NCBI GenBank assembly: GCA_025355125.1
Contig: JANXLP010000490.1
Span: 49-64,048 of the forward strand
Origin: Opitutaceae bacterium
GTDB lineage: Bacteria; Verrucomicrobiota; Verrucomicrobiia; Opitutales; Opitutaceae
Reading direction: 5' to 3'
Length of the DNA: 64,000 nt
Part shown: piece by piece, positions 20,660-28,424 of the stretch
Position numbering within the stretch: position 1 is the first letter of the stretch
Layout of the letters: each line of letters starts with the position of its first letter
Position numbers and translations under genes: made by a program
Notes under the pieces: model-generated
Database searches by the model: none
The model's input: only the letters and a program-made list of their open reading frames with translations
What the model was told of the DNA's origin: nothing

Positions 20660-21172
20660 ATGGCCGCGACCGCATCCACCAGCCCTAATCAAGTCCTCGC
20701 CGAAGCCGTCATTAATAAATATCTCCCGTGGTCGATGGGCGCAGGCCTCATCCCCTTGCCCATCATCGACGCCGCAGCCGTGGTCGGCATCCAACTCAAG
20801 ATGCTGTCGGAAATTTCCAAGATCTACGGGGTCGAATTCTCCGAAAACATCGGCAAGAGCATCATCGGTTCCCTCGTCGGCGGCGTGGGTGCCACCACCG
20901 TCGCGGCCGGAACTTTCGGCAGCATCGTCAAAGCCATCCCCGGTTTCGGCGTGATCCTCGGCGCCGCCACCCTTCCTGTGGTCGCCGGAGCCAGCACGTT
21001 CGCCCTCGGCAAGGTCTTCACCCAGCACTTCGCGTCGGGCGGCACTTTCCTCTCCTTTGATTCCGTCGAAGCCAAGAAGGTCTTCGCCGAAAGATTTGCC
21101 GAGGGTAAGAGCTGCGTCTCCGATCTCGCCCGCAAAGTTGACGCCAAGGTCGCCAAGGCCGTCGATTTCTGA
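20660..21172 (+). CDS. DUF697-like small membrane-associated protein, paralog 1
   Basis: 170 aa. INKYLPWSMGAGLIPLPIIDAAAVVGIQLKMLSEISKIYGVEF, then Gly/Ala-rich hydrophobic segments. AGGAG lies 8-13 nt upstream of the start. Family assignment is from memory of the DUF697/YcjF pattern. Confidence 0.65.
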   Translation: MAATASTSPNQVLAEAVINKYLPWSMGAGLIPLPIIDAAAVVGIQLKMLSEISKIYGVEFSENIGKSIIGSLVGGVGATTVAAGTFGSIVKAIPGFGVILGAATLPVVAGASTFALGKVFTQHFASGGTFLSFDSVEAKKVFAERFAEGKSCVSDLARKVDAKVAKAVDF

Positions 21173-21215
21173 GTTTTTCCCGTCCGTCTTAAATTAAACC
21201 GTCAATCCATCCGTC

Positions 21216-21404
21216 ATGATCATCAAACTGCTTCCCTACCTCATCCTCGTCGCGGTCGTCGCCTACATCGGTAAAGACCGCAAGTTCGGCTTCTGGGGCA
21301 ATTTCTTCTGCTCGCTCGTTTTCACGCCGCTCGTCGGCCTCGTGATCGTGTTCGCCTCCGACAAACGCGAGGTCGCCACGCCCGCCGTCATCACGGCCTC
21401 CTAA
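21216..21404 (+). CDS. Small two-helix membrane protein (62 aa)
   Basis: MIIKLLPYLILVAVVAYIGKDRKFGFWGNFFCSLVFTPLVGLVIVFAS: two hydrophobic helices around a GKDRKFGFW turn. A strong terminator follows immediately. Confidence 0.5.
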   Translation: MIIKLLPYLILVAVVAYIGKDRKFGFWGNFFCSLVFTPLVGLVIVFASDKREVATPAVITAS

Positions 21405-21422
21405 AAGGCCGTCTCTCTTACA

Positions 21423-21452
21423 AACTCCCGGGATCAACTCGGGAGTTTTTTT
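21423..21452 (+). terminator. Rho-independent terminator
   Basis: aactcccg (21423-21430) pairs with cgggagtt (21440-21447). 8-bp stem, 9-nt loop, followed by a T-run. Confidence 0.7.
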
Positions 21453-21490
21453 ATGCCCTCATCCAAGCGCAAAGCCCCGCTTTTCCGGCC

Positions 21491-22060
21491 ATGAAAATCA
21501 CCGTCTGCAATGGCAAGGGCGGCGCCGGTAAAACCACGCTCTCCGTGCTCCTCGCGTCCGCGTTTCGCCAGGCGGGTCATCGCGTCGCCCTGCTGGATCG
21601 CGACCCGCAGGGGACCGCCACCCGCTGGATCGGTGAAACCCACGACGTCGAACTCGCCGTCGCCGGTGGCGACCATCGTATTTTGATCATCGATACTCCG
21701 CCCCAGCTGGATTCGCCCCTGCTCCACCAATCGCTCGCCGAGTCCGATTGCGCGCTCCTCGTGAGCTCACCCTCGCCCGCAGATCTCTGGACCTCCCAGG
21801 ACTCCGTCGCTGTGATCCGCCGACACCTGCCCGCCGGCCGGCCCGCCCGCATTCTTTTTAACCAAGTCCAGCCCCGCACCGTGCTCGGCAAAGACCTCGC
21901 CACCCTCGCCCAGCGCATCGGCCTGCCCGCCCTCTCCGCCCACATCGGTAGGCGCCAGGCATTCCAACACGCCGCTCTCCTCGGCTGGAGCGCTCTCGAC
22001 GCCGCCAGTCGCGAGGAACTTCTGCAGGCCGCACTTGAACTGTCGGCCCTCCAACCCTAA
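21491..22060 (+). CDS. Small ParA/MinD-family P-loop ATPase (deviant Walker A)
   Basis: 189 aa. MKITVCNGKGGAGKTTLSV (KGGxGKT deviant Walker A), LLDRDPQGT, Walker B ILIIDTPP. No ParB-like gene or parS-like repeat array was seen nearby. Confidence 0.85.
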   Translation: MKITVCNGKGGAGKTTLSVLLASAFRQAGHRVALLDRDPQGTATRWIGETHDVELAVAGGDHRILIIDTPPQLDSPLLHQSLAESDCALLVSSPSPADLWTSQDSVAVIRRHLPAGRPARILFNQVQPRTVLGKDLATLAQRIGLPALSAHIGRRQAFQHAALLGWSALDAASREELLQAALELSALQP

Positions 22061-22069
22061 CACCTCCCC

Positions 22070-22741
22070 GTGCCCCGCGCAAAAAAGAGCGACCAATTGC
22101 TGAGCAAACTCAGCCGTTCCATGGAACGGCCCGCCGCATCGCCCGCAGACGGCGCGCCTCCTTCCCGGCCAAAACCCGCGCCCGCGCCCACACCCGCCGC
22201 GCCCACTCCCGAACCGGCCGCCCCCGCATCCTCCTCCTCGGCCGCAGAGTTGCCACCCTCGCCCTCCGTCACTCCCGTCGCATCCGCGCCCTCCACGCGC
22301 GCCGCCGCCGCCGAAGAAATCGTCCGCCGCCATCTCCCCTATGCGCTGGGCGCGGGCCTCGTGCCCCTGCCGCTTCTCGATGTCGCCGCGATCAGCGGCG
22401 TGCAGCTCAAGTTGATCGCCGAACTTTCCACGCTCTACGGCGTCGAGTTCACGCCGCATCGCGCGCGCAACCTCGTCACGGCCCTCCTCGGTGGGGTCGG
22501 CGCCTGGACGCTCGCGGTCGGAGCCTTCGGCAGCGCGATCAAGATTCTACCCGGCGTCGGCACGTTCTTCGGCGCGGGCACCCTGCCCCTCATGGCCGGC
22601 GCCGTCACCTACGCCACCGGGCGCATGTTTATCGCTCATTTTGAATCGGGCGGCACGCTCCTCGACTTCGACGCCGTTGCCCTTCGCTCCGCCTTCGCCG
22701 CCAAACTCGCAGAAGGAAAAGCCGCCCTCCGCTCGCTTTGA
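22070..22741 (+). CDS. DUF697-like protein, paralog 2, with a basic N-terminal peptide and a Pro/Ala-rich linker
   Basis: 223 aa. MPRAKKSDQLLSKLSR, then about 60 aa of P/A/S-rich sequence, then IVRRHLPYALGAGLVPLPLLDVAAISGVQLKLIAELSTLYGVEF, which is colinear with paralog 1. The start lies 10 nt after the ParA stop. Confidence 0.65.
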   Translation: MPRAKKSDQLLSKLSRSMERPAASPADGAPPSRPKPAPAPTPAAPTPEPAAPASSSSAAELPPSPSVTPVASAPSTRAAAAEEIVRRHLPYALGAGLVPLPLLDVAAISGVQLKLIAELSTLYGVEFTPHRARNLVTALLGGVGAWTLAVGAFGSAIKILPGVGTFFGAGTLPLMAGAVTYATGRMFIAHFESGGTLLDFDAVALRSAFAAKLAEGKAALRSL

Positions 22742-23328
22742 CGAGCTCTGCTCTCGTGACTGCGTCGCCTTCATCCGCGCCCGCCGCGCCGCTCCCGCCT
22801 TCGGCGCGCATCCTCGCCGCCCGGACGATCATCCGCCACCACGCCGCCCTCTGCGCTGCGGCCAGCTTCATTCCCATGCCGATCGTCGGCAGCGTCGCCA
22901 TCACCGGCGTGCAACTCGACATGCTGCGCGACCTCTCGCGCGTCTATGGCGTTCCTTTCTCCCAAGACACCGGGCGCGCCCTCTTGGCTTCGGCCGCCGG
23001 TGGCGTGCTCAACTACTACCTCGCGCAGAATCCTCTCACCCGCGCCGTCCGCGATTTTCTAAACGCCACCGTGCCTTGGCTCGCCTGGCCGCTGCGTATG
23101 CTAACAGGCCCCGCCCTCATGGCCGGCTACACCGTCGTGCTCGGCCAAGCCTTCGTCCGCCACTACGAGCAAGGCGGCACCCATCTCAATTTCAACTGGA
23201 GCGACTTCCGCCGCGAGCTCGCCCGTAAAGTCGGCCTCCCCTCGCCTGCGCCCGCAGCCGGCGGCGCCATCAACGTGGTCGCCACCGTCGTGCCGCCTTC
23301 CGCACCGGTCGCCGCCGCGTCAAGCTAG
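22738..23328 (+). CDS. Divergent DUF697-like protein, paralog 3
   Basis: 196 aa. TTG start overlaps the previous stop (TTGA); an alternative GTG lies at 22756. IIRHHAALCAAASFIPMPIVGSVAITGVQLDMLRDLSRVYGVPF keeps the family core, but the C-terminal half has diverged. Confidence 0.5.
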   Translation: MTSSALVTASPSSAPAAPLPPSARILAARTIIRHHAALCAAASFIPMPIVGSVAITGVQLDMLRDLSRVYGVPFSQDTGRALLASAAGGVLNYYLAQNPLTRAVRDFLNATVPWLAWPLRMLTGPALMAGYTVVLGQAFVRHYEQGGTHLNFNWSDFRRELARKVGLPSPAPAAGGAINVVATVVPPSAPVAAASS

Positions 23329-24075
23329 CTCCAGCCAGCGCACCCGCGCGATGCCCTTCGCCACGGCCACGGCGCCGGCATAGCCCGGCCCCATTGCCAC
23401 ATCGTGGAGCTCCCAGCGCTCCGCCGCCTGCGCATCCGCATCGTCCCCGAGCACCGCCGCCCGCACGCCCGGTGTGAGCCGCACGCGGAAACTCGCCAGC
23501 GGTTTGATCAACCCTGTCCCCAGCGCCTTCAGATACGCCTCCTTCCGCGTCCACCCGTGGAAAAACGCCTGCGTCCGCGCCTCCGCCGGCACCGCCGACC
23601 ACGCCGCAATTTCTTCCGGCGCGAAGTGGTCGCGCACAATCTCCGCGCCATCGATCTCCCGCCACCGCTCCACATCCACTCCGAGCGGCCGCCCCCGCGC
23701 AAAGCCCAGCAGCACCCACTCCCCCGAGTGCGACGTGTTAAACTCGATCCGCTCCGCCGCCGGCACATCCGCCAGCACGGGCTTCCCGCGCCCTTCAGTC
23801 GCAAACGCGATTCCTCCGCCATGCTGTCCCAAATACCCGCCCAGCAACTGCCGCATCGCACCCTTGCTGACCAACTCACGATGGGCGTCCTCCGCGAAGT
23901 GAAACCGCCCCAGCCGCGCGCGCTCGCCCTCGGTCAACAGCGCCCGCCAGTTCTCCAACTCAAACGCCGTCCGCGTTACCGCCACCCGCCACACGTGCAG
24001 TTCGTCCACACCCAACACCCCGGACGATGTCGCCCGTTCCCAGCCGCCGAATTCCGCCGTTACGTCGCACTCCAT
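23320..24075 (-). CDS. Sfp-type 4'-phosphopantetheinyl transferase
   Basis: Track ORF is 23320..25542; the real start is ATG 24075 (MECDVT), giving 251 aa. Motifs: GRGKPVL, FNTSHSGEW, GVDVE, WTRKEAYLKALG. Confidence 0.85.
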   Translation of the reverse strand: MECDVTAEFGGWERATSSGVLGVDELHVWRVAVTRTAFELENWRALLTEGERARLGRFHFAEDAHRELVSKGAMRQLLGGYLGQHGGGIAFATEGRGKPVLADVPAAERIEFNTSHSGEWVLLGFARGRPLGVDVERWREIDGAEIVRDHFAPEEIAAWSAVPAEARTQAFFHGWTRKEAYLKALGTGLIKPLASFRVRLTPGVRAAVLGDDADAQAAERWELHDVAMGPGYAGAVAVAKGIARVRWLELA

Positions 24076-24195
24076 CGCGACATCTTGCACCGCCCACGTC
24101 ACCCGTGGCAATGCGTCGCGCGCCCTTGCTGCGCTCTGCTGGCGCGCCCGCGAAAACCGCTTGCTCGCGCGCGACCCCAGCCGTCTCTTGGCGCG

Positions 24196-25428
24196 ATGGC
24201 GTCCTCCTCCGCTTCCCCGTCGCCCACCGCGTGGTGGACTCGTCCCGGGCTCGGCTACGTCCGCGGCGAATTGCACGTCGGCGGCCACGCCGTCGGCCCG
24301 CTCGCCCGCGCGCACGGCACTCCCCTCTACCTCTACGACGCCGCGCGCGTGACCGACAATCTCAGCCGCCTCCGCTCCGCCCTCACCGCTCGCGACCTGC
24401 CGTTTCGCGTCTGCTACGCGATGAAGTCCAACCGTCATCCGCCGCTCCTGCGCACCCTGCGACGCCTCGGCCAATGCGGCATCGACACCTGTTCGCCCGC
24501 CGAGGTCGCCCGCGCCCGCGCCTGCGGTTTCGCCGCCGAGAATATTTCCTTCACCGGCACCTCCCTCAGCGACGCCGATCTCAACACGCTCCTCCGCCAC
24601 GAGGGGCTCGTGATGAACCTCGACTCGCTGCACGACATCGCGCGCGTCGGCGCCCTCGCCCCCGGCCGCCGCATCGGCCTGCGCATCAATCCCGGCCTCG
24701 GCATCGGCTACCGTCGCAATCACCTCCTGCGCTACGCCGGCGGCGGCGGCACCAAGTTCGGCCTCCACCGCGAACAGTTTCCCGCCGCCCTCCGCCTCGC
24801 CCGCCGCCACGGACTCATCGTCGAGGGCCTCCATTTCCACACCGGCTGCGGCTACCTCACGCCGCAACTCCCCGTCCTCGACGAGATTTTCACCGCCTGC
24901 CGCGATTTCGTCCGCCGCGTCCCCGGCCTCCGCTACGTCAACATCGGCGGCGGCCTTGGCATTCCCCTCGTCGCCAGCGACCGCCCGCTCGATCTCGCGA
25001 AGTGGAGCGTCGTCGTCGCGCGTCATTTCGGCGGACACGGCCACGAGGTCTGGTGTGAGCCCGGCGACTACTTGGTGAAAGACGCCGGCGTCCTCGTCCT
25101 CGAGGTCAACACCGTCGAGCGCAAGGGCCGCACGCTCTACGCCGGCGTCAACGGCGGTTTCCAGCTCCACATCGAGCCCGCCTTTTACCAATTGCCCCTC
25201 GTGCCCGCGCCCGTGCGCGCCGCTTCCCCTCGCGCGCGCCTTCAGCCCACCACCATCGCCGGCCACATCAACGAAGCCCTCGACCTCCTCCACGCGGACG
25301 CGCCCCTTCCACCCCTCGCCAACGGCGACCTCCTCGCCTTCCTCAACGCCGGTGGCTACGGCGCCTCCATGGCCAGCAACCATTGTATGCGCGGCGACTT
25401 CACCGAAATCCTCCTGCCCGCCCCGTGA
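24196..25428 (+). CDS. PLP-dependent group IV decarboxylase (LysA / Orn-DAP-Arg decarboxylase family)
   Basis: C-terminal part of track ORF 23404..25428, starting at ATG 24196. HGTPLYLYD, PLP-Lys motif CYAMKSN, NIGGGLG, CEPGDYLV, AGGYGASMASN. The substrate cannot be assigned. Confidence 0.8.
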   Translation: MASSSASPSPTAWWTRPGLGYVRGELHVGGHAVGPLARAHGTPLYLYDAARVTDNLSRLRSALTARDLPFRVCYAMKSNRHPPLLRTLRRLGQCGIDTCSPAEVARARACGFAAENISFTGTSLSDADLNTLLRHEGLVMNLDSLHDIARVGALAPGRRIGLRINPGLGIGYRRNHLLRYAGGGGTKFGLHREQFPAALRLARRHGLIVEGLHFHTGCGYLTPQLPVLDEIFTACRDFVRRVPGLRYVNIGGGLGIPLVASDRPLDLAKWSVVVARHFGGHGHEVWCEPGDYLVKDAGVLVLEVNTVERKGRTLYAGVNGGFQLHIEPAFYQLPLVPAPVRAASPRARLQPTTIAGHINEALDLLHADAPLPPLANGDLLAFLNAGGYGASMASNHCMRGDFTEILLPAP

Positions 25429-26294
25429 AACCTCGCCCACACCCACGCCCTCGCCCTCGCCCCGCGCCCGCGCTCCTCGCCCGCACCCTCGCCGCCCTTC
25501 GCGCCGAGCTAGGCGACGATCCCGCCGTGGCCGCCATCGCACCCGCAGACGCCGCCACGCTCGCCGCCTCCGCCGGTGGCGATGCCCTTCGCCTCAAACG
25601 CTGGCTCAAGCGCCGCGCCTCCGGCGAACCCGTCGCCCACATCGTCGGCCACTTCACGTTTCGCGGCCTCAGCTTCGCCATCGATAAACGCGCCTACGTC
25701 ACCGATCCCGAGCTCACCCATCTCGTGGATGCCGTGCTCGCCCGCGCGAAAGCCCTCCGCGCCGCCGGCCGCCGCGCCCCCCTCCTCGCCGACTTCGGCG
25801 TCGGCTGCGGCAGCCTCGCCCTCGCGATCCGTCACCACCTGCCTGCGGCTCGCATCGTCGGCCTCGACCTCGACCCCGACGCCCTCGCCGTCGCCGCCCG
25901 CAACGCCACCGCGCACCGCCTCGCCTTGCGCCTCATCGAGAGCGACCTGTTCGACAGTTGGCCCACCACGCTCCGCGCGCCCGATCTCATCTACGGCGAT
26001 CCGCCCTGGGGCGATGCGACCACGCTCTACGAGACCACCGAACGCCCCGCCGGCCACTACCACGCCATGCCCCCGGTCTCGGCCTTTCCCCTCGGCGGCC
26101 GCACCGGCGTCCATGCGCAGATTCTCCGCGCCGTCGCCCGCCTCGGCTGGCACTCCGAGATCTGGCTCAACGGCGGCGTGCTTCCGCCCGCAGAACTCAC
26201 CGCTCTCGCCCGCAACGCCGGCGCCGCCGACTTCGCGATCGTCACACCGGCCCCCGGCTTGAGTCTACTCCGCTGCCGGATGCACCTCAGGTGA
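25425..26294 (+). CDS. PrmC/HemK-like SAM-dependent methyltransferase with a DPPW motif IV
   Basis: Track ORF is 25383..26294; the GTG at 25425 overlaps the upstream stop (GTGA). GEPVAHIVGHFTFRGLSFAIDKRAYVTDPELTHLVD is HemK-like. SAM motif I is LADFGVGCGSLA. Motif IV is GDPPW rather than NPPY. Confidence 0.65.
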   Translation: MKPRPHPRPRPRPAPALLARTLAALRAELGDDPAVAAIAPADAATLAASAGGDALRLKRWLKRRASGEPVAHIVGHFTFRGLSFAIDKRAYVTDPELTHLVDAVLARAKALRAAGRRAPLLADFGVGCGSLALAIRHHLPAARIVGLDLDPDALAVAARNATAHRLALRLIESDLFDSWPTTLRAPDLIYGDPPWGDATTLYETTERPAGHYHAMPPVSAFPLGGRTGVHAQILRAVARLGWHSEIWLNGGVLPPAELTALARNAGAADFAIVTPAPGLSLLRCRMHLR

Positions 26295-26321
26295 CTTTCT
26301 CACTGCTATTTGGGTGAAAGG

Positions 26322-26339
26322 AAGGGTGTCCAAAATTCC
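26322..26339. repeat. Left terminal inverted repeat of the IS
   Basis: aagggtgtccaaaattcc. Confidence 0.65.
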
Positions 26340-26391
26340 CCGTTGTAAACCAAGCGAGGAGGGCATGACGGCGGTCGCCGGCGAGCCGTAG

Positions 26392-27648
26392 CGAAGCAGA
26401 TTTGGCGGGCGTGCGCCCCCGTGCGGCAGCGCTCCGCAAACGCGCGAAAACGCCCGCAAGGCTCCGCTGTCGATTACCCTTGCGGAGCAGGTAGCAAAAT
26501 TTTCGGGTCTCATGGTCTCCTCCGACTCATTGCACTCGATCCTTTTTACGACACTCCACGCCCAAGCCAGCGGGCGTGGTTTTCTCCAGCAAGTCAGCCC
26601 GCTGCCGCCGGAGGGCCCGAGCCGAGGTCACTTTTTCGAGACGCTCAAAAGCCCCCGCCGGCTTGCTCCAGGCCAACGTCCTGCTTGCCCGCTTGCTGAC
26701 CGACGATCCCTTCGCTCACTCGGCGTGCTTGCGCGACTTCGACCTCTATGCGGCCGGCGGCCACTGGCACGGGGCCGCTGCCCATGCCCTCCCGCTCGAC
26801 GGGACCAAACGCGCGACCGGCCACTGCTTCGCGCTAAATTTGCGCACCCAAGCGCTCCTCCACCTCACTCGGGCGCAGGGGGAAAAGAACATGACATGCA
26901 CGCCCTCAAACGCCTCGACCTAGCCACCCTGCGCCACCATGCCCCGACCGGCCGCAAAGTGCTCTACGCCTACGACTGCGCCTCGATCGACTACGCCCAG
27001 TGGCACCACTGGAAACAAACCGGCGGCATCTATTTCGTTTCTCTCACCAAGCAGAAGATGGACCTGAGCGTCACCTGCCCGCGGGCCCTCGACCGGTCCG
27101 AGCCCAATCACGCGGGGATCACCGCCGACGAACTCGTCACGACCGTGGCCGGGATCGCCCTGCGGCGCATCCGCTACACGCAGCCGGCCACCGGCGAGGA
27201 GTATGAGTTCCTCACCAGCGAGTTCACGCTGCCGCCCGGAGTGATCGTCTTTCTCTACCTGCGGCGCCGGGATCTCGAAAAAGTCTTCGACGAACTCAAA
27301 AACAAGCTGGCGGCCAAACGCGCCTGGGCCAGCCGCCCCGCCGCGCAGATCATGCAGGCGCAGTTCCCCGGCCTCGCTTATAATCTGATCCAACTATTCG
27401 AGCGCCACCTCGCCGTAGCGCATCAGGTCCGCAACTACGCCGAGAACCAGCGCCGCGCGCGTCGGCTCGCGGCGCAACAGCACTTGGCCCGGGCCCGCAG
27501 CGCGGTCCTGCCCGCCCTCGTCCAGTCCCACCGGCGCCTCACGCAGACCAGTTTAAAACTCTGCCGCTGGCTCCACTGCCACTTCTTCAGCCCGCTTCCC
27601 CTGCCCATGCTATTGCCCGTTCTCTCCCGGTCCTACGCCCATCTTTGA
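26392..27648 (+). pseudogene. Frameshifted IS4-family transposase
   Basis: Protein-like sequence changes frame twice:
- Frame of 26512: SLHSILFTTLHAQASGRGFLQQ...GHFFETLKSPRRL.
- Frame of 26576: LLARLLTDDPFAHSACLRDFDLYAAGGHWHG...GHCFALNLRTQALLHL.
- Back to the frame of 26512 from about 26900: LYAYDCASIDYAQWHHWKQTGGIYFVSLTKQKM...YLRRRDLEKVFDELKNKL.
The last block resembles the Y..RW.IE..F..LK motif of IS4 transposases. Confidence 0.55.
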
Positions 27649-27650
27649 GT

Positions 27651-27669
27651 GGAAATTTTGGACACCCTT
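27651..27669. repeat. Right terminal inverted repeat of the IS
   Basis: ggaaattttggacaccctt, which is the reverse complement of the left repeat plus one extra t. Confidence 0.65.
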
Positions 27670-27704
27670 TGGCGAAATAGAAGTTGCCGACCACCGACAC
27701 ATAA

Positions 27705-28412
27705 TTGGAGTTTAACCCGTTGTCCACTCACCTGCACTCGCGCAAATTGAACGCGCACAACAAAACCGCGTGGGACCTCCTGTATGCCTCCACCCCGAAG
27801 TCGGTTTGGGGCCACAAGCCCGTCGGTTTTCTGATCCCTCACCTGCCCGCGCCCGAACTTCTCCCGCCCGGCGACATCCTCGACGCCGCCACCGGTGAGG
27901 GTCGCAATCTCGCGCCCCTCCTCGCGCTCGGCCGCCCCGTCACCGCCACCGACGCCTCCGCCTCCGCCCTCGCCAAGATCCCCGCCGATCTCGCCGCGCG
28001 CGTCACCCGCCTCCAGTGCGACCTCGCCGTCATCCCGGTGCCCGACCGCACGTTTGCCTTCGTTCTCCTCAGCGATGTCGTCGAGACACTCCCCGAGCCC
28101 GCCGCCGTGCTCGGCGAACTCCGCCGTCTCCTCGTCCCCGGCGGCCTCCTCCTCGTCAACATCCCCGGTGACGACGATGGCATCTCCGGCATCGACATGC
28201 AGCCCGCCCCGGATCGCGCCTGGCTCTACCGGGGCCGCTACTACTACAAATTTCATTCCCGCGCCGAGGCCGAGGCCCTGCTGGCCAACGCGGGTCTTGA
28301 ACTGGTCACGGTCCAGGTGATTGACTGGGAAGAAGACGCGCACCCCGAATTCCGCTCCGAACCCCACACCCACCGCAGCCTTGTCCTCCTCGCCCGACGC
28401 CCTCCGGCCTGA
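27705..28412 (+). CDS. Class I SAM-dependent methyltransferase
   Basis: 235 aa with a TTG start. Motif I ILDAATGEGRN, post-I TATDAS, motif III LLVPGGLLLV. The start lies 25 nt from the IS end. Confidence 0.65.
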   Translation: MEFNPLSTHLHSRKLNAHNKTAWDLLYASTPKSVWGHKPVGFLIPHLPAPELLPPGDILDAATGEGRNLAPLLALGRPVTATDASASALAKIPADLAARVTRLQCDLAVIPVPDRTFAFVLLSDVVETLPEPAAVLGELRRLLVPGGLLLVNIPGDDDGISGIDMQPAPDRAWLYRGRYYYKFHSRAEAEALLANAGLELVTVQVIDWEEDAHPEFRSEPHTHRSLVLLARRPPA

Positions 28413-28424
28413 TCGCCGCACCCC

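Larger units (their letters stand above)
26306..27680 (+). mobile_element. Decayed IS element (IS4-like DDE transposase) bounded by imperfect terminal inverted repeats
   Basis: Inverted repeat core: aagggtgtccaaaattcc (26322-26339) matches the reverse complement of ggaaattttggacaccctt (27651-27669) with one indel. The match extends weakly outward to ctattt (26306) and aaatag (27680). No clear target-site duplication was found. Confidence 0.6.

Noticed and set aside
21491-22060. ParA gene read as evidence that the window is a plasmid or an integrated partition locus
   Set aside because: The window contains no ParB/ParG-like DNA-binding gene, no parS-type repeat array, no replication initiator and no conjugation genes. 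Orphan ParA/MinD ATPases commonly position non-DNA cargo.
21767-22459. 230-aa minus-strand Gly/Arg-rich ORF, with 22057..22296 and 22491..23228 (plus, alternative frame)
   Set aside because: They overlap the ParA and DUF697 paralog genes, which have clear family signatures. Their composition is Gly/Arg/Pro repeats.
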